Part shown: positions 20,565 to 29,733 of the stretch, in pieces
Layout of the letters: each line of letters begins with the position of its first letter
How positions within the stretch are numbered: position 1 is the stretch's first letter
Source of the DNA: an uncultured Spirochaetota bacterium
GTDB lineage: Bacteria > Spirochaetota > Spirochaetia > SZUA-6 > CAVTHK01
DNA length: 64,000 nucleotides
Assembly: GCA_963734495.1 (NCBI GenBank)
Contig: CAVTHK010000010.1
Coordinates: 256,001 to 320,000, forward strand
Direction of reading: 5' to 3'
Made by a program: the position numbers and the translations under genes
The notes under the pieces: generated by a model
Database searches by the model: none
What the model saw: the letters and a program-made list of their open reading frames with translations, nothing else
What the model was told of the DNA's origin: nothing

Positions 20565-21247
20565 CGGCGCCCGTCGCGGCCGAGCACGTGTCCAAGTCCT
20601 TTGTCGTCGGAGGGCAGGCGCAGCCGGTCCTCGAAGACTGCACGGTCCGCTTCGACGCGGGCCGGGTGTACCTCCTGCTCGGCCCGAGCGGCAGCGGCAA
20701 GACGACCCTGCTCACGATCCTCGCGGGGTTCCAACGCCCGTCGGCTGGGACCGTGTCGCTCTTCGGCAGGAGAGTCGAGGCCTATTCCCGCGCCGAGCTC
20801 CAGAAGCTGCGCGCGGGCCGGATCAGCTTCGTGTTCCAGAGCTTCCTGCTCGTCGACGCGAGGAGCGTCGGCTGGAACATCCTTTTTCCCGCCCGCTTCG
20901 CCGGGCTCGACAGGGCGGAGACCGCGGGCAGGGTGTCCGGGGTGCTGGAGCAGCTCGGAATTGCGGGCCGCGCGGGCGCGCGGGCCGGCGACCTGAGCCA
21001 CGGGGAGAAGCAGCGCGTCGTGATCGCCCGCGCCCTCGTCTACCGCAGCCCTCTGGTGCTCGCCGACGAGCCCACGGCCAGCATCGACTACGACCAGGGC
21101 CTCTTCGCGATGGCGCGTCTGCGCGGCCTCGCCCGAGACCACGGAAGCTGCGTGCTCGTGGCGAGCCACGACGCGAGGCTCGTGGAGTTTGCAGACACGG
21201 TGCTGCGCCTCGACGACCGGCGGCTCACCGTGGTGGACGGGCGCTGA
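20561..21247 (+). CDS. LolD/MacB-like ABC ATPase
   Basis: GPSGSGKTT, LSHGEKQR, LADEPT and ASHD; GTG overlaps the permease stop. Confidence 0.9.
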   Translation: MTAPVAAEHVSKSFVVGGQAQPVLEDCTVRFDAGRVYLLLGPSGSGKTTLLTILAGFQRPSAGTVSLFGRRVEAYSRAELQKLRAGRISFVFQSFLLVDARSVGWNILFPARFAGLDRAETAGRVSGVLEQLGIAGRAGARAGDLSHGEKQRVVIARALVYRSPLVLADEPTASIDYDQGLFAMARLRGLARDHGSCVLVASHDARLVEFADTVLRLDDRRLTVVDGR

Positions 21248-21268
21248 GGCGGCGTGTAGGATCGCGGC

Positions 21269-23755
21269 ATGGAACAACTGCCGCTTGCCGGCGTCTGGCG
21301 CATGCGCTCGACGGACGGCCGGTACGACCTTGCGTCGCTCATGCCCGGCTCGCTGTTTCTCGCCCTCGAGCAGCGCGGCGACTTCGGCCCCGAAGGGGCG
21401 TTCTACCGCGAGAACAACCGCCGCTGTCTCGAGGTCGCCGACCGCGACTTCGCGTTCAGCAGGCGCGTCGCCGTCTCCCCGGCCCTGCCGCGGGGCCGCG
21501 ACCGGCGCGTCTTTCTCGAGGCCGACGGCCTCGACACCCTCGCGACCCTTTCGCTGAACGGCGCCGAGGTCGGCCGCGCCGCCAACATGCACAGGAGGTG
21601 GCGCTTCGACGTCACGCGCAGCTTGCGCGACGGCGACAACGAGATCGGGATCCTCTTCGCGAACAGCCTCGAGCACGTGCGCCGCGCGCACGCGAAGCGC
21701 AACCTGTGGCACGCCTACTGGAATCAGCCGGACTACGCCTTTCAAGGCTTCAACACGATCCGAAAGAGCCACTGCAGCTACGGCTGGGACTGGGGCCCGA
21801 TCATCCCGGACGTGGGGATCTGGCGAGACATCCGCCTCGCGGCATACGACGGAGGCCGGATCGACGCCGTACACGTCGTGCAGGAGCACGAAAAGGGTGA
21901 AGTCACCCTGGCCATCACGCCCCGCCTCGAGGCGTGGGGGAGCGGCCGCTTCACGCTGCGCGCGACGCTCGCGCACCCCGACGGCCGGACGCAGAGCGCG
22001 GACGTCGCGGCCGACGGCACGACAAGACTGCAGGTGGAGCGGCCGCGGCTCTGGTGGCCCAACGGCCTGGGCCCCGACGACGGCCCGCGGCCGCTCTACC
22101 GCCTGCAGGTGACCCTGCTCCGCGACGGGAAAGAGGTGCACGACGTCAGCCTTCACCTTGGCCTCCGTACCCTCACCGTCAGGCGCGAGGCCGACAAGTG
22201 GGGAGAGTCGTTCGCGTTCGCGGTCAACGGCGAGCCCGTGTTCGCGCGCGGCGGCGACTACATACCGGAGGACGTGTTCCTGCCGCGGGTGACCCGCGAG
22301 CGCACCGAGCGGCTGCTGGACGACGCGGCGCGCGCCCACTTTAACTGCATCCGCGTGTGGGGCGGCGGCGTCTACCCATCGGACGACTTCTACGACCTCT
22401 GCGACCGGCGCGGATTGCTCGTGTGGCAGGACCTGATGTTCGCCTGCGCGCTCTACGACATGGACGATCCCTCGTTCGTCGCAAACATAGAGGCCGAAGT
22501 GCGCGACAATCTCGAGCGCATCCGCCACCACGCGAGCCTCGGACTCGTCTGCGGCAACAACGAGATGGAGCAGGGCTTCGAAGACTGGGGCTTTCCGCAC
22601 ACCAAACACAATCGCGCCGAGTACCTCCGGCAGTACCAGGTGTTGTTCCCGGACATCGTCCGCGAAGCGTGCCCCGAGGTGTTCTACTGGCCTTCGTCGG
22701 CTTCTTCGGGAGGCGACTTCGAGTCCCCGAACTCGCCCGACAAGGGCGACTGCCACTTCTGGGACGTGTGGCACAAGAACGTGGACTTCACGGAGTTCAA
22801 GAAGCACTATTTCCGGTTTATGAGCGAGTTCGGGTTCGAGAGCTTCCCGTCGATCAAGACGATCCGCACGTTCGCGACGGGCGACGACCTCGACATCTTT
22901 TCGCCCGTGATGGAGGACCACCAGCGCTGCCTCGGCGGAAACGGCAAGATCCTCGGCTACATCGCGCGCTACTTCCGATACCCGAAAGACCTCGACGCCC
23001 TGGTCTACGTCTCGCAGGTGAGCCAGGCCGACGCGCTGCGCCACGGCATCGAGCACTGGAGGCGCAACCGCGGCCGCTGCATGGGCTCGGTCTACTGGCA
23101 GCTCAACGACAACTGGCCGGTCGCCTCCTGGTCGAGCATCGATTACTTCGGCCGCTGGAAGGCGCTGCACTACGTGGCCGCGCGCGCGTACGACAACGTG
23201 CTCGTGTCCTGCGACGGCGACGAGCGGACCGCGTCTTTCCATGTCTCCAACGAGAGCGCGGCGCCCGTCGCCGGCACGCTGCGCTGGTCGCTCGTCGCGC
23301 TCGACGGGCGAGTCGTGGACGCTGGAAGCGCGCCCGCGGCGGTGCCCGCCTTTGCGTCGCGGGAGATCACGCGCCTGGACTACGGCGCGGGCGCCGGGGC
23401 CGGCTTTGCCCGCGAGCACCTGCTCAGCTTCCGGTTCGAAATGGATGGGGCGGGGCAACGGCACGGCGTGCACTGTTTTGCCCCGTACAAGTCGCTTTCG
23501 CTCCAGGAGCCGCGCATCAGACGGTCCGTGCGCGCCGAGGGAGGCGAGCTCGTCGTCAGCCTGAGCAGCGAGCGGCCGGCGCTCTTCGTCGAGGTCGACC
23601 TGGCCGAGGCGGACCGCGTCTTTTCCGACAACTACTTCGCTCTCGACGGCCACGAGGAACGCGTCGTGCGCTGCGAGGCGGGCTCCCTTGCGCCGGCCGA
23701 GCTCGAGAGGCAGCTTCGCGTGCGCTCGCTTTACGACGCAAGCCTGCATGGCTGA
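21269..23755 (+). CDS. GH2 beta-mannosidase
   Basis: SYGWDWGP, IRVWGGG, VWQDLMFAC, GNNE, FMSEFG and YWQLNDNWP. Confidence 0.93.
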   Translation: MEQLPLAGVWRMRSTDGRYDLASLMPGSLFLALEQRGDFGPEGAFYRENNRRCLEVADRDFAFSRRVAVSPALPRGRDRRVFLEADGLDTLATLSLNGAEVGRAANMHRRWRFDVTRSLRDGDNEIGILFANSLEHVRRAHAKRNLWHAYWNQPDYAFQGFNTIRKSHCSYGWDWGPIIPDVGIWRDIRLAAYDGGRIDAVHVVQEHEKGEVTLAITPRLEAWGSGRFTLRATLAHPDGRTQSADVAADGTTRLQVERPRLWWPNGLGPDDGPRPLYRLQVTLLRDGKEVHDVSLHLGLRTLTVRREADKWGESFAFAVNGEPVFARGGDYIPEDVFLPRVTRERTERLLDDAARAHFNCIRVWGGGVYPSDDFYDLCDRRGLLVWQDLMFACALYDMDDPSFVANIEAEVRDNLERIRHHASLGLVCGNNEMEQGFEDWGFPHTKHNRAEYLRQYQVLFPDIVREACPEVFYWPSSASSGGDFESPNSPDKGDCHFWDVWHKNVDFTEFKKHYFRFMSEFGFESFPSIKTIRTFATGDDLDIFSPVMEDHQRCLGGNGKILGYIARYFRYPKDLDALVYVSQVSQADALRHGIEHWRRNRGRCMGSVYWQLNDNWPVASWSSIDYFGRWKALHYVAARAYDNVLVSCDGDERTASFHVSNESAAPVAGTLRWSLVALDGRVVDAGSAPAAVPAFASREITRLDYGAGAGAGFAREHLLSFRFEMDGAGQRHGVHCFAPYKSLSLQEPRIRRSVRAEGGELVVSLSSERPALFVEVDLAEADRVFSDNYFALDGHEERVVRCEAGSLAPAELERQLRVRSLYDASLHG

Positions 23756-24677
23756 CGCCGCGCTCCTCGGCTTCGACATCGGCGGGACCAAGTGCTCGGT
23801 GACGCTGGGCACGGCGGCCGGCGCGATCGTGGAGACGGCGCGCTTCCCGACCGCGGGCGGACCCGACGCGCTGCTCGCCCGGCTGGCGGGCGCCGCGCGC
23901 GAGCAGCGCGACCGCCACGGCCTCGCGGTCGCCGCCGCGGGCGTGAGCTGCGGCGGGCCGCTCGACTCCCGGCGCGGGCTCGTGCTCTCGCCGCCCAACC
24001 TGCCGGGATGGGACGAAGTGCCCGTAGTCGCGCGCCTGGAGGCGGCACTCGGCGTCCCCTGCTGCCTGGAAAACGATGCCAATGCGTGCGCGCTTGCCGA
24101 GGCGCGGCTCGGGGCCGGACGCGGCGCCTCGAGCGTCGTCTTCTGCACGATGGGCACCGGGTTCGGCGCCGGCCTCGTCCTCGACGGCCGGCTGTACCGC
24201 GGCGCCTGCGACGGCGCGGGCGAGATCGGGCACGTGCGGCTCACCGAAGGCGGCCCCGTGGGCTACGGCAAGGCCGGCTCGGTCGAAGGCTACGCAGGCG
24301 GGAGCGGCATCGCCGCGCTCGCGCGCCTGCGTCTCGGCGAAGATCTGGACGCGAAGCTCCTCGCCGGGCGCGCCGACGCCGGCGACCCGCGCTCGCTCGC
24401 CGTGTACGCCGAGGTCGGGCGCATGCTCGGCCGCGCGCTCGCGATCGTCGTCGACCTGCTCAACCCCGAGGTGATCGTCGTCGGCAGCATCTTCGTGCGG
24501 GCCGAGCGGCTGATCCGCCCCGCCATGGAGGCCGAGCTCGCGGCCGAAGCGCTGCCGGGAAACCTGGCCGCGTGCCGCGTGCTGCCCGCCGCCCTCGGCG
24601 AGCGGCTCGGCGAGCACGCCGCGCTCATGGTGGCGGCCGAGGGTCTGGCCCGCGGGCCTCAGCGCAGCCGGGCGTAG
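23748..24677 (+). CDS. ROK-family sugar kinase
   Basis: GFDIGGTK, ENDANACALAE, GTGFGAG and GEIGH. Confidence 0.92.
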   Translation: MADAALLGFDIGGTKCSVTLGTAAGAIVETARFPTAGGPDALLARLAGAAREQRDRHGLAVAAAGVSCGGPLDSRRGLVLSPPNLPGWDEVPVVARLEAALGVPCCLENDANACALAEARLGAGRGASSVVFCTMGTGFGAGLVLDGRLYRGACDGAGEIGHVRLTEGGPVGYGKAGSVEGYAGGSGIAALARLRLGEDLDAKLLAGRADAGDPRSLAVYAEVGRMLGRALAIVVDLLNPEVIVVGSIFVRAERLIRPAMEAELAAEALPGNLAACRVLPAALGERLGEHAALMVAAEGLARGPQRSRA

Positions 24678-25423
24678 AGCCGCGCGGTGTTCTCGGCGAC
24701 CGCCTCCAGCACGGCCTCACGCGCGATGCCCCTGATGGAAGCGATCGCGTCCGCCGCGACCATCGCGTTCGCCGGCTCGTTGCGGTCGGCCGCGACCGGC
24801 CCCAAGACGGGGCTGTCGGTCTCCAGGAGCAGGCAGGAGAGCGGGAGGCGCTCGACCAGCTTCTCCTTCTGGCGGGAGCGCACGATCGACGGCGGCACGG
24901 AAAAGAAAAAGCCCGCCTCCACCGCGGGCAGGGCGGTCGCGGCCCTGCCGTCAAAGGCGTGCATCTGCACGCGCCCCGCGCCCGCCCGCAGCAGCAGGTC
25001 GATGGTCTCGCGGCCCGCCGAGCGCGAGTGCACGTTCAGCGGCAGCTCGAGCTCGGCCGCCAGCGCAACGAACATGCCGAATACGTCGCGCTGGACGTCG
25101 CGCGCCGCCTCGTCCTTCGCGACCCAGTAGTCGAGCCCGACCTCGCCGATGGCCGCCAGGCGTCCGCGCGCGGCCCGGATCGCGCCAACGGCTCGCGCGG
25201 CCTCCGCGTGGTCGGCGCGCCCCGGATGCAGGCCGCCGGCCGGCCGCAGCATGGGCAGCTCCGCGGCCAGCTCGAGGTTGCGTCCGATGTCGGCCGCGGT
25301 TTCGCTGACGGCGATCACCGCGTCGACGCCGGCTGCGCGCGCCCGCTCGAGGACCGCGGCGCGGTCCGCGTCGAAGGCGGGGTCGCACATGTGGGCATGG
25401 GTGTCGACGGTCACGGCGCGCAT
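24659..25423 (-). CDS. tatD: TatD-family nuclease/hydrolase
   Basis: DTHAH, GLHP, IGEVGLD, HSRSA and LETDSP. Confidence 0.9.
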   Translation of the reverse strand: MRAVTVDTHAHMCDPAFDADRAAVLERARAAGVDAVIAVSETAADIGRNLELAAELPMLRPAGGLHPGRADHAEAARAVGAIRAARGRLAAIGEVGLDYWVAKDEAARDVQRDVFGMFVALAAELELPLNVHSRSAGRETIDLLLRAGAGRVQMHAFDGRAATALPAVEAGFFFSVPPSIVRSRQKEKLVERLPLSCLLLETDSPVLGPVAADRNEPANAMVAADAIASIRGIAREAVLEAVAENTARLYARLR

Positions 25424-25515
25424 TGTCTCCGCGGCGGGGCGGAGGGTCAACGCCGGGCCCCGCGCAAACGGGCGATCTGGACTGCGCGCGCCGGCGCCGC
25501 TATCCTTGGACCCGC

Positions 25516-26751
25516 ATGCGTGCGTGGCTGGTGCGCGCGGTGACCTTCATTCTATTCCTTGCCCATCCCGGAGCCGAGCCGGCGCATCCGGGCCTGGAGA
25601 CGCTGCTCGAGGGCCCCGTGGCGGAGCTCCGCGGCAAGCGCGTCGGTGTCGTCTGCAACCAGACGGCCGTCGACGCAAAGGGGCGGCACCTCGTCGACCT
25701 GCTGCTTCGCGCCCCGGGAGTCACGCTCGCCGCCATCTTCACGCCCGAGCACGGCTACCGGGGAGACAACCCCGACGGAGGGGATCCGCCGGGAGCCCGC
25801 GACCCGCTCACGGGGGTCCCCGTTTACAGCCTCTATGGCGCCGAGACGAAGCCGACCGCCGCCGCGCTCCGCGGGCTGGACGTGATCCTCTACGACATCC
25901 AGGACGTCGGCGCCCGCTTCTACACCTACATCGCCACCCTCGGCCTGTCGATGCAGGCCGCGGCGGAGCATGGCGTTGCGTTCTGGGTCCTCGACCGCCC
26001 CGACCCGATCACGGGGTCGGAGGTCGGCGGCCCGACGCTCGAGCCGGCGTTCGAGTCCTTCGTGGGCCCCTACCCGATCCCGGTCCGTTACGGGCTGACT
26101 GCGGGCGAGCTGGCGCTGATGGCCGCGGGCGAGCGCTGGATCGACCTTCCCGAAGGTTTCCGCCCGAGGGTCATACCGCTGCGCGGCTGGAGCCGGGGGC
26201 AGTGGATGGACGAGGCGGGCCTGCCCTGGGTGTCTCCTTCGCCTGACATGCTCACCCTCGCGACCGCGGCGCTGTACCCGGGGACCTGCTTGTTCGAGGG
26301 CACCAACGTCTCCGAGGGCCGGGGCACGGAGCGGCCCTTCGAATGGATCGGCGCGCCGTGGATCGACGGCGCGGCCCTGGCGGGCGATCTGCGGCAGCGG
26401 CGACTTCCCGGCGTGGACTTTGCCGCGGTCGACTTTGTCCCGAGGGCGATCCCGGGGCGGACGGCCGCGGTCAAATACCGCGACGTCGCATGCCACGGCG
26501 TCGAGATCCGCGTCACGGACCGCGGCCGGCTGGACCCGGTCGCCGTCGCCGTCCACGTCCTGCACGCGATCCGCGGCCTCTCCGGCGGGCTGTTCCAGTG
26601 GCGCGTACCGGGGATCGACGAGCTGTACGGCAGCGATCGGCTGCGCCGCGATCTCGACGCGGGCCGCTCGCCGGAGCAGATCATTGCGGGCTGGCGGCCG
26701 GGTCTGGCGGATTTCGCGCGCGCCCGGGAGCGGTACCTGCTGTACAAGTGA
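25516..26751 (+). CDS. DUF1343 exo-beta-N-acetylmuramidase (NamZ-like)
   Basis: PEHG, YSLYG, DIQDVGARFYTY, DRPDP and SEGRGT. Confidence 0.92.
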   Translation: MRAWLVRAVTFILFLAHPGAEPAHPGLETLLEGPVAELRGKRVGVVCNQTAVDAKGRHLVDLLLRAPGVTLAAIFTPEHGYRGDNPDGGDPPGARDPLTGVPVYSLYGAETKPTAAALRGLDVILYDIQDVGARFYTYIATLGLSMQAAAEHGVAFWVLDRPDPITGSEVGGPTLEPAFESFVGPYPIPVRYGLTAGELALMAAGERWIDLPEGFRPRVIPLRGWSRGQWMDEAGLPWVSPSPDMLTLATAALYPGTCLFEGTNVSEGRGTERPFEWIGAPWIDGAALAGDLRQRRLPGVDFAAVDFVPRAIPGRTAAVKYRDVACHGVEIRVTDRGRLDPVAVAVHVLHAIRGLSGGLFQWRVPGIDELYGSDRLRRDLDAGRSPEQIIAGWRPGLADFARARERYLLYK

Positions 26752-26811
26752 ACGGCGCGAGAGAGAAGCGCGGGGCGGCCGCCTTCAACTTCCTTCCAGA
26801 AGGCTTCTGAC

Positions 26812-27285
26812 TCAGGCGCCCCCGCGGCCGCCGCCTTGGACGCGCTCGATCGCGCGCAGCAGGTTCTGCGCCGTCTTCGCGCCGAACCCCTTGGTGGCCG
26901 CCACGCGGCCGTCGCGGCAGGCGGCGTCGAGCGCCGTGATCGAGTCGATGCCGAGCGCCAGGTGGAGCGCCCTCGCGCGCGCCGGGCCGAGGCCCGGGAT
27001 GCGGAGCATGTCGACGAGGCCCGGCGGCGTCTCGGACTTGAGCTGCTCGTACAGCCGGACGGGCTGCCCCGCGTGCAGCGCCTCGATCTTTTCGGCGAGG
27101 GCCTCGCCGATGCCTTCGATTTCCCGCAGCCTGCCGCCGGCGATGACCGCGGACAGGTCCTCGTCCAGCCCTCTCAGGGCCTCGGCCCCGCGCTCGTACG
27201 CCCGGATCTTGAAGGGGTTCTCGCCCTTGAGCGAGAGCATCTGCGCGATCTCTTGCAGGACGTGCGCGATCGCTTCGGTGTCCAC
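26812..27285 (-). CDS. Stand-alone PolX N-terminal helix-hairpin-helix protein
   Basis: GENPFKIRAY, IEGIGEALAEKI, IPGLGPARA and KGFGAKT; the stop follows directly and no polymerase core is encoded. Confidence 0.82.
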   Translation of the reverse strand: MDTEAIAHVLQEIAQMLSLKGENPFKIRAYERGAEALRGLDEDLSAVIAGGRLREIEGIGEALAEKIEALHAGQPVRLYEQLKSETPPGLVDMLRIPGLGPARARALHLALGIDSITALDAACRDGRVAATKGFGAKTAQNLLRAIERVQGGGRGGA

Positions 27286-27328
27286 GCCTGTAGTTTCGGC
27301 ACGCGGGGGCGGCGCTGTCAACGCCGGC

Positions 27329-27385
27329 GCGGTCGCCTGTCGTCGCGGTCGCCTGTCGTCGCGGTCGCCTGTCGGCGCGGTCGCC
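27329..27385. repeat. 16-bp tandem repeat, about 3.5 copies
   Basis: GCGGTCGCCTGTCGTC at 27329 and 27345, one-mismatch copy at 27361, partial copy at 27377. Confidence 0.9.
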
Positions 27386-27429
27386 CTCGGTCGCCGGGCG
27401 AGCGCGAAGCCGCCGGGGGGCCGCGCGCC

Positions 27430-28188
27430 CTACCGGATGCCGAGGACCCTCTGCAGGTTTCCGCCCATGAAGAGGCCCATGTCCGCGGGCGGGACCTCGT
27501 CAGTCAGCCCGGCTTCGAACATCGCGCGCACGACGTGGATCTTGCGGAAGGGCCAGTCGGAGCCGAAGCAGACGCGCGATGCGCCCAGCGTGCGGATCGC
27601 GGCGAGGGCCTCGCGGTCGCCTGTCGCGCTGGCCACGAGGAGCATGTTGGGGCACTCCTCGGCGGCCTCGCACACCGCGCGGTGCATGTCCCAGCTGCTC
27701 ATGCCCATGTGGATCATCAGCACCGGCGTCTCGGGAAAGAGCTTCGCCACGCGCGCGGCCCGCGTCGGATGGGTGCGCTCGTAGGCGTCCGGACCGATGT
27801 GAAAGGCGATGGCCCGGCCGTGTCTCGCGATCTCCTCGGCGACGGGAAGCGCGACCTCGGGATCGTCGATGAAGAAGTTGTTCTGCGCCCCGTTGAGCTT
27901 TACGCCGGCGACTCCCCACTCTTCGGCGCAGCGCCGAACGAGGTCCTTGGCGTGCTGGACGCCCGCGCCCGGGTCAGCCCAGCCGAAGGGGATGAGCTTC
28001 TCGCGGTGCTCGCGCGCCGCACGCGCGACAAAGGCGTTGTGCTCCTCGACCTCCCGGCCCTTGTAGTGGTGCGGGCTGAGCCACACGAGCGCCTTGTCGA
28101 CGCCCGCGCGCTCGATCGCGGCAAGCTGATTCTCGAGCGAAAAATCGCCCCCCGCCGGCGAAATGTGCGTGTCACCATCGATGATCAC
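27430..28188 (-). CDS. Amidohydrolase_2 family protein
   Basis: IIDGDTH, GVKL, FHIG, IHMG and FGSDWPF. Confidence 0.85.
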   Translation of the reverse strand: MIIDGDTHISPAGGDFSLENQLAAIERAGVDKALVWLSPHHYKGREVEEHNAFVARAAREHREKLIPFGWADPGAGVQHAKDLVRRCAEEWGVAGVKLNGAQNNFFIDDPEVALPVAEEIARHGRAIAFHIGPDAYERTHPTRAARVAKLFPETPVLMIHMGMSSWDMHRAVCEAAEECPNMLLVASATGDREALAAIRTLGASRVCFGSDWPFRKIHVVRAMFEAGLTDEVPPADMGLFMGGNLQRVLGIR

Positions 28189-28315
28189 GAGGGCCTCCCT
28201 GCCGGCTCCGGACGCGCGACGGCGGCGCGACGACCGCCGCGTGCATACAGCGGCGTGCGGACACTGCGGCGTGCATGCTGCGCGCGAAGCATATCGTACT
28301 TATCTGATGACTGCT

Positions 28316-28399
28316 ATCATACGCGCGACGGGGTACCTGTCAATACGCTGTGTTGTCTCCGGTGGTCGATGACGTTAGACTGCAATGAGCAGACGTCTG
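28316..28399. promoter_or_regulatory. Back-to-back sigma70 promoters with a candidate operator
   Basis: Minus strand TTGACA(28343)-N16-TATGAT; plus strand TTGTCT(28353)-N17-TAGACT; palindrome CAGACGTCTG at 28390-28399. Confidence 0.6.
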
Positions 28400-28417
28400 T
28401 TGATTGAAGGTGAAACC

Positions 28418-29128
28418 ATGGCAAGGACGACCAAGGCTTCGGGCGTGCTGAGTCGGCCGCTGGAGAAGGGCTCGGTGGTCAGGCTGGTCCTGGAGCGCAT
28501 CAGAGAAGCCATGCTGAACAGAGAGCTGCGACGCGGCGACTACATGCCGTCGGAGACGGAGCTCACCCGCAGCCTCGGCGTCGGCAAGACGAGCGTGCGC
28601 GAGGCGATCAAGATGCTCGAGGCGATGGGCATCGTGGAGGTGCGCCAGGGCCACGGCACGATCATCCGCGAGCAGCCGGGCGACGAGAGCCTCGGGCCCC
28701 TTGTCTTCCAGCTCATCCTCGAGCAGGCCACCAACCGCGACCTCCTCGAGCTGCGGAGGATGTTCGAGCCGGCCTACACCCTTGTCGCGATGCGGAAGGC
28801 CACGGACGAGGACATCGCCCGGCTGCGGGCCCAGGTGCAGGGGTTCGAAGAGCGCATCAAAGGGGGGACTCAGACCTCGGACGACGATCTCGCATTCCAC
28901 CGCATCGTGCTCGAATGCACGCGCAACCCCTTCATCATCCAGATCGGTACGACGATCCACCAGCTCTTCAAGAGCTCCATCGAGCGCAGCATGCGGACGA
29001 TCGCCGACGTCGCGCTCCAGGACCACAGCGCGATCCTCGAGGCGTTCGCCAGCCGCGACGCGCGCGCGCTCGAGGCGGCCGTCCTCCGCAGCTTCGAAGG
29101 CTGGCGCAGGAGCCTCGACGCGCAGTAG
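28418..29128 (+). CDS. FadR/GntR-family regulator
   Basis: PSETEL..GVGKTSVREAIKMLE..GHGT HTH; FCD domain DLAFH. Confidence 0.93.
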   Translation: MARTTKASGVLSRPLEKGSVVRLVLERIREAMLNRELRRGDYMPSETELTRSLGVGKTSVREAIKMLEAMGIVEVRQGHGTIIREQPGDESLGPLVFQLILEQATNRDLLELRRMFEPAYTLVAMRKATDEDIARLRAQVQGFEERIKGGTQTSDDDLAFHRIVLECTRNPFIIQIGTTIHQLFKSSIERSMRTIADVALQDHSAILEAFASRDARALEAAVLRSFEGWRRSLDAQ

Positions 29129-29134
29129 CCGGGC

Positions 29135-29659
29135 CTATCCGGCGCGCGGCCGGTAACGCTGCCTGATCGCGCGGTGCACCTCCAGAAGCGCCGCGTGCGT
29201 CGCGGTGCCCGCGCCCATGTCCACCAGAACGTCCCGGCGGTTGCGCGAGAGCCACGCATACAGCCGCCTCGCGCCGTCCGCGTCGTTGGCTGCCGCCTGG
29301 GCGACCCGCGCGAGGGCGCGCATCTCGTCGAGGCTGAAAGCCTTGCGGGTATTGCCGATGCCGATGATGAACGAGCTCCTGCCCGCCCCCTCGTCGATCG
29401 TTACGGTCGCGTCGGCGGCGGGCGGAGCCGCCGGCCTGCCTCCCCGTCGGGCCCCGGCCTTGCGGCCGGCGCCCTTGGCGGCGCGCTCCCGGTTCAGCTC
29501 CGTGATGTCCTCGTTGATACGATCGACCTGCAGGTTGTGGATGATCGTCTGCGCCTGCCGGATGAGAAAGACCAGCCCGTCGTCGTCGACCTGGTCGAGC
29601 AGAGATAGAAGGTCCTTGCGGAGCCTGTCCCGCGGCCCCGCCTGCTTGCGTGCCACCAC
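29135..29659 (-). CDS. Hypothetical protein (helical N-terminus, basic linker, globular C-terminus)
   Basis: AAGGAGG RBS, protein-like composition, fills the gap between FadR and GH3; no family recognised. Confidence 0.75.
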   Translation of the reverse strand: MVARKQAGPRDRLRKDLLSLLDQVDDDGLVFLIRQAQTIIHNLQVDRINEDITELNRERAAKGAGRKAGARRGGRPAAPPAADATVTIDEGAGRSSFIIGIGNTRKAFSLDEMRALARVAQAAANDADGARRLYAWLSRNRRDVLVDMGAGTATHAALLEVHRAIRQRYRPRAG

Positions 29660-29733
29660 GTCCTCCTTGCGCGGCCCCTCCGCCGGGGCGGATGCCCGGG
29701 CCGGATGCCCGGGCGGAGGGAGCCGCCTGGCCG

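Noticed and set aside
20531..24244. 1237-aa minus-strand ORF and other long antisense ORFs (805..2754, 50448..52826, 29650..31425)
   Set aside because: Shadow ORFs opposite well-supported genes, expected at this GC content; no recognisable motifs.
29690..29713. Direct repeat GGATGCCCGGG twice
   Set aside because: Too short and GC-rich to distinguish from chance or local slippage.
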